A stretch of 63,404 nucleotides of DNA, counting the filler, from Saprolegnia diclina VS20 (lineage: Eukaryota), in assembly GCF_000281045.1 (NCBI RefSeq). It is 12 parts of 7 records of this genome, joined end to end, with 100 filler letters (N's around TTAATTAATTAA, not from the genome) between each part and the next. Parts side by side here need not be neighbours in the genome. Positions count along the whole stretch, not along the records: positions 13,423 to 40,505 come from NW_008246202.1; positions 40,606 to 42,255 come from NW_008246203.1; positions 42,356 to 51,446 come from NW_008246203.1; 9 more parts are not named here. The stretch is one strand, 5' to 3'. Under the pieces are notes generated by a model that worked only from the letters and a program-made list of their open reading frames with translations, did no database searches and was not told the origin of the DNA. Below are positions 34,003 through 45,221 of this stretch, one piece after another. The translations under genes were made by a program, and so were the position numbers. Position 1 is the stretch's first letter. Each line of letters begins with the position of its first letter.

Positions 34003-35837
34003 TTAGGGGCTGAAGGCCGGACCGTCCCAGAGCACGTCCAAGTCGCCGGACGCTTTCGCGCGGACGAAGATGGTGCCGAGCATGGCCGGCACAATGTACA
34101 TGAGCGCGGGCTGGCCGGCCACGTACTGCTGGAGCACGATCGACATGACGTTGGCGGCGAGGAGCCCGGCGGCGTACGCGACGCAGAGGACGACGTAGTA
34201 CGAGTGGCGCAAGCGCAAGGGGCGGCCGCTGCAGTAGTCGACGCGCAGCCCAAACGAGACGAGGAGGGCCGGCAGCACAATGTCGCCGAGGCCGAGGAGC
34301 GAGCTGCCGCCGTAGATCGAGTGCACCAGTGGGAGACTCAGCACGAGCGGCACAGTCACGTGCCCACACGCGACCGATTCGGGGTGCCGCGTGCAGAAAT
34401 CTAGAGTTTGGATAGTATCCGATCGTATCCAGTTGTATCCAAGTAAGAATACCGTTGATCTCGGACGAGACTTGGCCGGCGCGAGAGGCGACGTCGACCA
34501 TGACGTTGGAGCCAAAGACGTAGGGCGAGAGGTACACGAAGAAGACGTCGTAGAAGAAGGCGGCTGCGAGCAAGTACGTGGCGATCTGCAAGCTAAGAAA
34601 GGTAGGACAGCATGAGCCGAGTGCTTGCAGAAGAGAGGTACCTCGGGAGCTGGATCGAGTCGACAAACACCACGCAAAGACAGATGCCAAGGGCGTCCTG
34701 CAGCACCCAAATGTGCGGATGGCTGTTCGCAAGGAACCAGAGAACGACGAGCGCGAGGCTCGGGAGCGTCGCAAGCAGCAGCGTCGGGAGCGAGTCGCTG
34801 CAGCAGCGCAGTGCGAGCGGGTACGTCACGAGGTACGTGACGCAAAAGCAGGACGCAGTCGCAAAGATGAGTTGGATGAGCACGAGGAGGTGGACGTAGT
34901 ACATGATCAGGAGCATGGCCGAGCCCATGAGGAGGAAGAGAAGCGCGTGCTTGGCCGTGAGCTGCAATGGCTGGTCACCCTCGTCGTCGTACGACCCGAC
35001 GTCGACGAACGCGTCTGCGTGCGTGGTCGACGGCGACAGAAGCGACGTGACCTCCATCGCGGTCGCGACCACGTGCTGGCTGTAGAAGCGCTCGCGCGCC
35101 GCCGAGTGGTACGACGCAAACACGACGACCGAGACGCCGAGCGCCCAGATAAGCAGCATGCTCCAGTTCCAAGGACTCTCGGTCGTCGGGATCGAGGCCG
35201 TCACGAACGTGTCGCCGGCGTGCGCCTCCATGTAGCCCTGCACGAGCGCGCCGTCGAGGACGGTGAGGTACACACTCGGAATTGTAATGTCGCTCGTCGA
35301 CGCGTTGCCGTCACCCGTCATGGCGATCAAGACGTTCTCGACGCAGCACCGGGCGTCGTGGAGCGGCGAGTAGACACACGTCGACGAAACGCACGTCGCG
35401 CTGTCTTCGCAGTAGTCGCCGCTGCCAAGCGCGCAGTCGATCTGGCTCGGGTGCGTGAGCGCAGCGGCCGGCGTGTCGCGCACCAGCACCATGGCCGCGC
35501 CGGCCGCCTGCGCGTGCCGGACCTTGACGTCAAAGGCGCAGACACCGCGGTCAAGGAGCACGGCCGCGCCCGTGACGTTGTTGGTGAGCGGCGAGCAGCC
35601 AAGCAGCGGTGCGCCGAGCGTGAGCGCGTGGTACGACGTGGCCGTCACGGCGGCGGGCAGGGTCGGGCCAAAGAGCGAGGGCGCGACGTACACGCTCCGC
35701 GCCTCCTTGGCGACGGACGTCGTGATCTCGAGCACCGAGAGCGAGAGGTTCCTCGCGCCGAGGCCAAGGCGATCGAGGCCGGCGGTCGTCGACGCAGCGG
35801 TGACGGCCACGAGGCCGCAGACGCTGGGCCAGCGCAT
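34003..35837 (-). CDS. Signal peptide peptidase-like aspartic protease (A22B) with PA domain, SPPL2-like; two introns
   Basis: PA domain (DRGVCAFDVKVRHAQAAGA); catalytic FFYDVFFV, LLGLGDIVLP and GQPALMY. Confidence 0.93.
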
Positions 35838-36523
35838 GATCGAGTCGGAATATCACCTCATAAAATAACACGCCGCCCACGCAGGGTTTCGGGTTGGCCG
35901 GAATCCGTAACAAGTTATCGAGAGATTATAACACCACGATATACGCTAAATAGTATATTGAATAGGAAATAGTGTGTGTTGAAGTGGCATCCGCAAAATC
36001 GATTTGTTATGTGGGACGCCGTGCGCGGCATCCTGAGACATCAACACAGCGGAGACTTCCGCAGGTCATTCAAGAGCTTAAGTAGACTCTCCGTTAGACC
36101 TTGTCTTTCATATTGAGACCCTGCGTAAGCTACCTTGGCGCTACAGATATGAGAATGTACAAAATATCCCACAAAAATCATCGGTCAGCGGGGATCGATC
36201 CGTGGGTGTCCTTCAGCACGTTCCGGAGTTGACACAACTCGTGACCATGGCACCAAGGGCCCATCGACATGGCTCTAGGTGGAGCGAATACACTGTACGA
36301 CGCAGTTTTGATTCGTACAGACGCAGAATGACGTCGTCGTCGTTTGCGATGTCGAGTACCAGCTTGATTAGTCCAGTCGTCTCAATTACTCGCCCTTCGC
36401 ATACCCAAAGGACTTCGACTGAAGGATGTTTTAGTCGACGATACTACTCATCACGCGATTCGAGTGGGACAAAATGACATTTCATTCAACCTCTCACTTT
36501 TCCTTTTTCCTTTGTCGACCAAG

Positions 36524-37576
36524 ATGGCCAGCAACAACGTGTACCACGGCCAAGCCGCCTTTGAGCCGACGCTCGACGTCAAGCCCCACACGTACGACGC
36601 CAAGCCGTTCGACGAAGACTACGACGTCGAGATCCAGGTGACGCACTGCGGCGTCTGCGGCTCGGACCTTCACACGCTCACGGGCGGGTGGGGCGAAATC
36701 ACGTACCCGATGGTCGTCGGCCACGAGATCATCGGCCACGTCGTCCGCGTTGGCGCCAAGGTCGATGCCGACAAGTACGCGATCGGGACGCGCGTCGGTG
36801 TCGGTGCGCAGTGCGGCAGCTGCCTCGACTGCAAGCAGTGCGACCGCCAGCGCGAACAGCTCTGCGCCAATGTCATTGGCACGTACAACGGCAAGACCGC
36901 GGAGGGCTACACGACGCAGGGCGGGTACGCCGACTACTACCGGTGCCACTTCAACTTTGTCGTGCCGATCCCCGACGCGCTCCCGTCCGAGATCGCGGCG
37001 CCCATGATGTGCGCGGGTGTCACCACGTACTCGCCGCTCAAGACGCACGGCGCGGGCCCGGGCAAGAAGGTCGGTGTCCTCGGCATCGGCGGCCTCGGTC
37101 ACTTGGGTATCCAGTGGGCGGTGGCCCTCGGCGCCGAGGTCACGGCGGTCTCGTCGTCGAACCGCAAGGAGCAGGAGTGCAAGGAGCTGCTTGGTGCGCA
37201 CCACTTTCTCAACTACAACGACGCGGCGGCTGCGACCGCTGCCAAGCATAGCTTTGACATCCTCCTCTGCACCTCGTACGGCGACGACACCAACTGGGGC
37301 GCGCTCTTTGACCTCGTCGCGACCGAAGGCAAGTTTATCCTCGTCGGTCTCCCCGAAAAGCCGATCGCGTTCCATGCGTTCTCGGTCGTGCCGCGACAGA
37401 TTACGTTTGTCGGGTCGCTCATCGGGTCACCGGCGCAGATTGAAGAGATGCTGGCGTTTGCTGTCGAGAAGAACGTGCGCTCGATCGTGCAGGTGATGCC
37501 GATGGCCGAGGCCGCGACCGCCCTCCACAAGGTCCACAACGGTCAAGCGCGCTTCCGCATCGTGCTTGAAAACTAA
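36524..37576 (+). CDS. Zn-dependent NADP alcohol dehydrogenase (cinnamyl-ADH / Adh6-like)
   Basis: CGVCGSDLH, VVGHEIIG, CGSCLDCKQC...QLC, APMMCAGVTTYSPL, GIGGLGH, ARFRIVL. Single exon. Confidence 0.95.
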   Translation: MASNNVYHGQAAFEPTLDVKPHTYDAKPFDEDYDVEIQVTHCGVCGSDLHTLTGGWGEITYPMVVGHEIIGHVVRVGAKVDADKYAIGTRVGVGAQCGSCLDCKQCDRQREQLCANVIGTYNGKTAEGYTTQGGYADYYRCHFNFVVPIPDALPSEIAAPMMCAGVTTYSPLKTHGAGPGKKVGVLGIGGLGHLGIQWAVALGAEVTAVSSSNRKEQECKELLGAHHFLNYNDAAAATAAKHSFDILLCTSYGDDTNWGALFDLVATEGKFILVGLPEKPIAFHAFSVVPRQITFVGSLIGSPAQIEEMLAFAVEKNVRSIVQVMPMAEAATALHKVHNGQARFRIVLEN

Positions 37577-38324
37577 GTTTATCGAATGCTAGTCTTGTGT
37601 TGCTTTGTATTTTGGCTACCGCTGGATCTCATATGCGAGGCAAGGATCTTGGGTTCCGCACGACGCCTCTGGACAATAAGTAGGCCGATACTTGCTGTGT
37701 GCTTTGTCTGCGAAAGGGACCTGGCCCACGTTTTCTGCTCTTTGGTGGACCGACTGTACGTTGTTGGACCAAGAAGTGAACGGTCATGGCTCACCCCGCG
37801 GACGCGTCGTTGTCGCTCTGTGAGTTTGTCAATGACTATCCGGCAATCCAATCACGATCACGACACTCAGGGGATCATTTGAGTTTAGCCGGATCCGGAT
37901 AAAGATATGATAAGATCTTGGTGTCGTCTGCCAGTTGAACTCGGGTGTCAAGGCACTTCACACCCACCGGTTGCTATAATGTACATGGTATCGAGCACAC
38001 AGTATGCTTGACCACACGAGAGTCACACGACGACCCTTCTTCACCCGACTTATACCGTCCCTAGGCTGGACCGTCGGTCTGGCTTCTCTTTTCTCACACG
38101 AGCGTTCGAACGAGGACAGTTCAAGTTGAAGCTCAACAACACGCACCACCTCTACACTCGAATATAAAAGATGCTCTGAGAGGTGCTTCGTCGTCACTTG
38201 TCATTCGGGTCTCTAACCACAATGCACAACGGAAATCCGGAACACATGCCATCCGAACTCGACTGCTCTACAATGCTCACTATGATGACGCTGCACGCCC
38301 AGTTCCAGAACCACTTGACCATGC

Positions 38325-40505
38325 AGCACTACTTGACCATGCAGCACCAAGCCACCATGCTGCTTCTCGCCGCGTAATTCGCGATGTTTACGAGCTGCTT
38401 GGCTGCGCAACAACAGAACGCGATGTTAGCGGGTACGTGGCACGTCGAGAGCTCATTGTTGATGAAACTTGAAGAACTACGTGTAGTACCTTCACAGGGC
38501 CATTGCCGTCCATGACGAGAGAAGCTCGGGACAAGCCCCATTTTCTCGTCCCTAGACATGCGTTGCGAATCTCACTAATACCAAGCAGTGTTCGTGGGCT
38601 ATCCTTTCAACCTGCCCTAGCCACCGCGCTCCATTAAAGTACACGCTAGCACCTTTTTTACGTTTCGCAATTCGCCCCAAAAGGCACTTGACAATAACGT
38701 TGGTTTCGTGTCGCACACCCAAGACAGTTAGCCTTCGGGTAGTGCTATCTGGCTGGCTCAACAAGTCACGACGATGCGACTCGACGTCAACACTGGTTTA
38801 GGGAATGTGCTTTCGCCGCATGACGCCGTTCGAGGCCTCGTCATCCAAATCATAAGACATGCGACTTGTGGCGGTTGACAGAATCGGCACGTACCGATTC
38901 TGGTACACGAATTGAGCAACCGTCGTTGCAAAACGGCCCACATCCCGCGCTCATGCGTCCGTGGGAGCGATGGATCTTGCTTCTTGTGCTCTACCTGTAC
39001 CTTCTTGGCAACAGCTTCTACTTTGCACTTCTTGGGCTCATGGCCTGGCGCCTCACCCCGATCCAAACCCGCATGGTTCGCTTCATCCNNNNNNNNNNNN
39101 NNNNNNNNNNNNNNNNNNNNNNNNNNNNNNNNNNNNNNNNNNNNNNNNNNNNNNNNNNNNNNNNNNNNNNNNNNNNNNNNNNNNNNNNAGCACTACTTGA
39201 CCATGCAGCACCAAGCCACCATGCTGCTTCTCGCCGCGTAATTCGCGATGTTTACGAGCTGCTTGGCTGCGCAACAACAGAACTAGGGTTAACCTCGTGT
39301 TTTCTTGGGGCAGGTTTTGGTCGAGCTCTTTGGTTGAGGTTTTGCATTGGGGTAGCGTGCAATCTAGCGGAGGGATCGTGTACTACGTGTGACGTAGTTT
39401 GGACTCGTCGGTGGACCGAATCATATGCATTGAAGTTAAACGTACCCTGCCCCAAACCTCGGGTTTTCTTGGGGCTGGTGTGGTTGGTCTTTGTGGTTGA
39501 GGTCGGGCATAGGGCCGGTGGGCCATCTAGCGGTATTTCTGAGTGGCATGTGCAGTGGTTTGATTCGTGGAGAAGGTTTGTGCAGGTGCTGTCGCGCTTT
39601 TTGATTTTAGTTTGGTATCGGGGCCGCGTGCAACCTAGCGGTGTGTCTGTGTCGTAGCTTGGACAGTGTGGATGCCTTCCACCCTTACGGGCTCTTGTAC
39701 TATGCACGTCCAACGCACCCTTCCTACTGCAAACACGCATTCACATGGCGAATGTGTGACGGACGCGTGCGACGGACGCGACCTACGCTTCGTTGCAGTG
39801 CCCAGCGGGCCGCTACCGAACTTCAGCCAGAAACGACACTGCGGTGCAACCTCCGCTGCGCTGCGGTGCACCTGGAGGATTCTTTGTAGGGCTCCAATGG
39901 TGTCAACGTTGAATTCATTTTCCATTGTGCGGTGAGGGTGGTGCATCGTCCCAATCTCGCTTAGATGTGGGTTGTTATTGTTACCGGGAAGAGCTATTTC
40001 TTAGCCACTTCAACCTTCGCATCATTTCGGCACTCGGGTCCAATACTGCACAGCAGACGCTTCATGCATAGATGCCACAGTAGCTTGATCAACATTGTAG
40101 GATGTATAACGTTCATGAGGTGGTTTAAAGGATCGCTTCTCGGATTTGCAGGCCCAGCAATTCTACTGTGACGGGCGCGGCCGCTCGACGCGCGCGCTTC
40201 GCCTGGAGGTGCAGTGGTGGTCACGGTCGACGCCTTGGTTCGCTGCCGTCGCCTCTGCCTCGCGGTGATCTTCCGCTTGAGCTCCTTGGCCTCCTCGATC
40301 GGAGTCGATGTCGCCAGGGCGTATGAAGCTTGGCGATTCCGCTGATCGCACTTGCGCTCAGCCAGACACTGACAGCCCCACCATGACCGGTCTTCTGCTC
40401 TGCGCGTGGCGCGCGAATTGCAATTGAAACCTCCTGTACCTTCTTGGCAACAGCTTCTACTTTGCACTTCTTGGGCTCATGGCCTGGCGCCTCACCCCGA
40501 TCCAA
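38325..40505. repeat. Two pairs of direct repeats around a scaffold gap: 38325-38419 = 39189-39283 (95 bp) and 38994-39066 = 40433-40505 (73 bp)
   Basis: Direct sequence identity. The order is A..B-gap-A..B with unrelated interiors. Confidence 0.85.
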
Positions 40506-41546
40506 NNNNNNNNNNNNNNNNNNNNNNNNNNNNNNNNNNNNNNNNNNNNTTAATTAATTAANNNNNNNNNNNNNNNNNNNNNNNNNNNNNNNNNNNNNNN
40601 NNNNNGCGGGTTGCCTCGACGCCTTATTGCTCCTCCTTGATGGCGGTGGCTCTCGCCGCCGTTTGAATACTTGTCGTCGCGGAACCGCTGCAAACACAGC
40701 TCACAAAGATCCGAAAGAGGAGTGACTCGTAGTCGCCGCAGAGCAAACAGTACTCAGCCAATCCGTCCCACGCTTTCGTATACGCTGCAGCCGTAGCCCC
40801 GGGTTGGCCTTCGAAGTTGACGAACGGCTCTGACCCCATGGAGAGCTTGTACTTCTTAAGCACAGCGGTCCGCCTGGGCTCTGCCAGCTTGTTGAGAGCC
40901 GTGGGCCGCTTCTTCGACAACTTGCGAACCGGCGCGCGCGTGCGTCGCCCACTCTTCTTCGTGACGCGGGTGTCCGTGCGCTTCACGGCCGGCGCCTTTG
41001 GTGCTGGTGCTCGACCCTGCGCCCCTTGGTCGAGCGTTGTTTCGCCATGAAAGGATTCCAAGTGACCGTTGCCGTCCAACAAAAGATCCAACGGACGAAG
41101 GGTTTCATACGTAACTGCGGTCCCAACCAGACTTTAACCGGATCCTGTCACACTTTTGGCGGTTGGTAGAGCCCTGGTAGAGCTCCTGGTAGAATTGGTA
41201 GAGAATTATTTTTAGAGCCAAAAGTTCACATTGCAGATAATGGTATTTCGAGTTGTTGGTGGAAATACTAGTACATACGAAGCAGCAATTAGAAGCTCTC
41301 ATCAAGATGACTCGAACTCTTTTAGCGCTGCGACAGCGTTTCGCCGAGCTCGACTGTTGGNNNNNNNNNNNNNNNNNNNNNNNNNNNNNNNNNNNNNNNN
41401 NNNNNNNNNNNNNNNNNNNNNNNNNNNNNNNNNNNNNNNNNNNNNNNNNNNNNNNNNNNNAACAATTAGCCTCGTACGATCTTTCTGAAACTTTAAAGAA
41501 TGCTTTCTGGGGTCTTGATAATGTTTGAGGATATAGAGTAGTGTGC

Positions 41547-41583
41547 GCTCGTATGGTGTAATGGTTAGCACTCAAGACTCTGA
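41547..41583 (+). pseudogene. 5' half of tRNA-Gln(CTG), ending at about position 37
   Basis: GCTCGTA-TGGTGTAATGGTTAGCACT-CAAGA-CT-CTG-A covers the acceptor 5' strand, Gln-type D arm/A box and anticodon. No T arm (GTTCRA) follows. Confidence 0.8.
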
Positions 41584-41769
41584 TATAGAGTAGTATTTCC
41601 ACCAACAACTCGAAATACCATTATCTGCAATGTGAACTTTTGGCTCTAAAAATAATTCTCTACCAATTCTACCAGGAGCTCTACCAGGGCTCTACCAACC
41701 GCCAAAAGTGTGACAGGATCCGGTTAAAGTCTGGTTGGGACCGCAGTTACGTATGAAACCCTTCGTCCG

Positions 41770-42237
41770 TTGGATCTTTTGTTGGACGGCAACGGTCACT
41801 TGGAATCCTTTCATGGCGAAACAACGCTCGACCAAGGGGCGCAGGGTCGAGCACCAGCACCAAAGGCGCCGGCCGTGAAGCGCACGGACACCCGCGTCAC
41901 GAAGAAGAGTGGGCGACGCACGCGCGCGCCGGTTCGCAAGTTGTCGAAGAAGCGGCCCACGGCTCTCAACAAGCTGGCAGAGCCCAGGCGGACCGCTGTG
42001 CTTAAGAAGTACAAGCTCTCCATGGGGTCAGAGCCGTTCGTCAACTTCGAAGGCCAACCCGGGGCTACGGCTGCAGCGTATACGAAAGCGTGGGACGGAT
42101 TGGCTGAGTACTGTTTGCTCTGCGGCGACTACGAGTCACTCCTCTTTCGGATCTTTGTGAGCTGTGTTTGCAGCGGTTCCGCGACGACAAGTATTCAAAC
42201 GGCGGCGAGAGCCACCGCCATCAAGGAGGAGCAATAA
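41770..42237 (+). CDS. Repeat-borne ORF fragment (duplicated at 40624-41091), possibly the N-terminal part of a mobile-element protein
   Basis: Basic region, then TAAAYTKAWDGLAEYCLLCGDYESLL, loosely like the tyrosine-recombinase core-binding helix. No ATG start and no catalytic domain visible. Confidence 0.3.
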   Translation: MDLLLDGNGHLESFHGETTLDQGAQGRAPAPKAPAVKRTDTRVTKKSGRRTRAPVRKLSKKRPTALNKLAEPRRTAVLKKYKLSMGSEPFVNFEGQPGATAAAYTKAWDGLAEYCLLCGDYESLLFRIFVSCVCSGSATTSIQTAARATAIKEEQ

Positions 42238-44211
42238 GGCGTCGAGGCAACCCGCNNNNNNNNNNNNNNNNNNNNNNNNNNNNNNNNNNNNNNNNNNNNT
42301 TAATTAATTAANNNNNNNNNNNNNNNNNNNNNNNNNNNNNNNNNNNNNNNNNNNNGCTCTCGCCTGTTACTACGCTCCGTGCGGCGTTGGTTCTATGTGC
42401 TCGGTCGGTGTCTCTCTCCCCTATTATATAAACGGTCAGATATCTGAGCAACCCTCCTTCGTGGGTCGACAGGTGTTCAAGCCACTTTGGCCACTGAGCT
42501 GACCTACGAGCAAAACGAGTGCGCGTACATAGTTAATAAATACTCTGTGGTGATGTGTGTGCAGCACACTGTGCAGCACATCCGCCGGCGTGGTTTCTTG
42601 GCATTGCAGTGGCCTCTTGCTACTACTAGTTCTCGAAAAATCTAGTATTTTCGCATTTGTTGTCCGAGCCCAAATGTCCATATAACTTGGCAGCGAATAA
42701 CGACGAGCTGCGTCGAAAGTGCAAGAATGCGAGGCGCAAGCGTTGAACGAGAAGGAAACGTCTTCGTGAAGCGGAGAGTCAGTGGCTTGGGCCAGCAGAC
42801 GAAAGAAAAGTGCGCCAAGGCAACTGCAGCCGAAAATGAACGACGCCAGCCGACCAAGCTTAGCGAAGTGCATCAAAGGTTTAGTGCGCTCGATTTTGGT
42901 AGGGCTGGTGTCCTCGCATCTTCTGCGATTTCATCTCGGAAGTAGTATCCACCTCGGCTGCATGCTTCGCCTCCAAAGGAACAGTTCGGTGATCGAACGC
43001 GATTCGACACTGTGCCGTGCCGGCAGTTGAGCAGCTCTGTTCCACACCGGAGGTAGTTTGACTGCCACCACCTGCGACACTTGAGTATGCCGCAAAGAAG
43101 GCGCAACTCCAGCGTGAGTACGGACTCGAGAACGCCTGAGAGCTTGATGTGTCAGTATGCACGACGTGTATTCGAGTCGCTGACAACAAACGAGCTGTGA
43201 GGCAATTCCGCTTCGTCCAGCAAAGTCCCCGCCTCCACGTTAGTATTGGGACGATGATGCCGACTCGCTTATCATGCTGCCAGCATCCGACCTGTCACGG
43301 CTGCTCCTGAATCTAGGCACTGCTGATGCAACAGGCCACCGCAAGGATTCGCGTCTGTCGTCGCCTCCGAGTCCAGGACAACGAAGTCAACAGCTCCTCG
43401 CTGCTTCACACCAATGTGCATTCTGTCAATGCAGGCCCCGGAAAACTGCGCCTTCGTGTTTTACACAGTCTGAGCTCGGCTTGCGAAAAGAACACGCGTT
43501 CCAGCTGCGAGCCACTCACCATAACAGTCGGTCCACTAAGCAAACACGATTCGAGTCGCCGGTGATTGGTCCAGTTTTGTCGTACAGTTTGACGACGAGT
43601 TTTTCGGAAGTATATGTTTGCTCTCTACTTTGGGTCTTCGCAAGTATAGAGTACTATGCCTGATGGCACAGTGAATTAGGATCGATATGCCATCGCATCT
43701 CTTGAACAGCAAACTTGCTGAGCGCATAAATTTTCACCACGATCGGAGTACGCTTCATTATTCGTGAGGCACGTGTGCACTATGTATGCTCATCCATGAA
43801 TGCAACAGGTGGCCAATAGTTTCCCCCGAGCTGCTCCCTGTTATGAACTAGATTCCTCGCTTCACCTGGAAACGGGTAACGAGGTGGTCGTGGGGCGTTT
43901 CTTGCCAGCAGAACGAAAAGAAGCGCCGGCTGCCGAACCCCGCTTGCGGATAACCTGTGTCCGGCGTCGGGTCCCAATCTCTTTCGTCCGCAAAGAAGGA
44001 ACGGTCGTGCGATGTCCCCATCTCTGCAGCACCAGCTTGACTTGGACCGCGACTTAGACCTGGACCTTGACTTTGATTCGGGCTTAGCACCAACACAGCG
44101 TGCATCCGGAGGTAAGGGCCGCGCCATGCCTCCTCCGAACGTCAAAGGCCGTGCCAAGCATTCTCCCAAAGGCAAGGGCCGCGCGAAGCCTTCGTGCTGA
44201 AAAAAGAACAG

Positions 44212-44779
44212 CAATCAACTTTCCAGATGAGTTTCTCAACTCCATCAATATCGCCGACTTTCCACCGCACCGTCGCGAACCCAAGGTCAACGCCACTATC
44301 ATGCTTTTGCCCAACGTGTGCCCCAGAAGAGGTTTACGGAAAGAACTCGGCTCCTGGTGCGCGCTCGGCGAGATCGATGCATTGAGGCTACAACATTGAC
44401 AGCTGCGCAAGGTGGCGAAGACGTCTTCAAACCTTGCATCACGCGTATCAAAGATGGTCCACACAATGTGCTGCCGTCACAGCTCAAGCGTCAACTGTTC
44501 GCTGATTGTCTCGCATTTGCCATGACAATATACAAGTCCCCAAGTCAGACGGTCCCTCGTGTTGTTGTTTACCTACTAGAACCCGTTTTTGCACGCGGGC
44601 AGCTCTACGTTGCGATGTCACGCGTCCAGGCACTTGCCAATATCTGGATCTTGGCTCTCAACTCAAAAACCAATGTCGACGGCCGTACGTACACCAAAAA
44701 CATCGTTTACGACGAAATTCTCGACGAGATAGACCGGACAGTCCACGCCTCCACAATGTATGCCCTCAACCTTCATTAA
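44212..44779 (+). mobile_element. Degenerate Helitron/PIF1 helicase C-terminal fragment
   Basis: FPDEFLNSINIADFPPH..KVNATIMLLPN, then after a frameshift LAFAMTIYKSPSQT...EPVFARGQLYVAMSRV. The motifs are decayed. Confidence 0.88.
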
Positions 44780-45221
44780 GTACCGGTTATCATCGAGACT
44801 GAAAAGCTTCCTTGATGACAGACCAAACGATTTGTAAACCGCGTAGGGCCGCGACGACAAAAGGAATGGGTCAGAACGGAATGCCTCTTACCTTCCACGA
44901 GGAAATGGTGTGCTCGTACAGTCTGCCGTTTTCACATACGCTAATGAGTCGCCTAAGTGTCAACTTGTTGCGCTCATCGCCCAACTTGCGGACGCCCAAG
45001 TGTTCGAGATTGCATGCGAAAACCAAATGCTCTGACCCGAAGCGAGCCAGCGGTCCATGGGTTTCCTGATTGCAGTCGGATATCTCATATGTCCATCCAC
45101 TCAAGACAATGCACAACTACACAAAAGAATGCACAACAGCTCTAAGTAGTCTTGATACGCGGGACTCTTCTGTTAGATTTATGAATTTGTGCTGTACACG
45201 ATGGAAGATGCATTATCCCCG

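Larger units (their letters stand above)
40606..42255. repeat. Scaffold-wide inverted repeat with 665-bp arms at 40606-41270 and 41591-42255
   Basis: The arms are reverse complements. The same 155-aa ORF appears at 40624-41091(-) and 41770-42237(+). Confidence 0.95.

Noticed and set aside
41547..41700. Intact intron-containing tRNA-Gln
   Set aside because: No 3' anticodon stem, T arm or acceptor strand is found downstream.
42356..44200. Upstream Helitron Rep region and GKGRA peptide repeats
   Set aside because: Frames are broken and no HUH/Rep motifs are recognisable, so it is not called.
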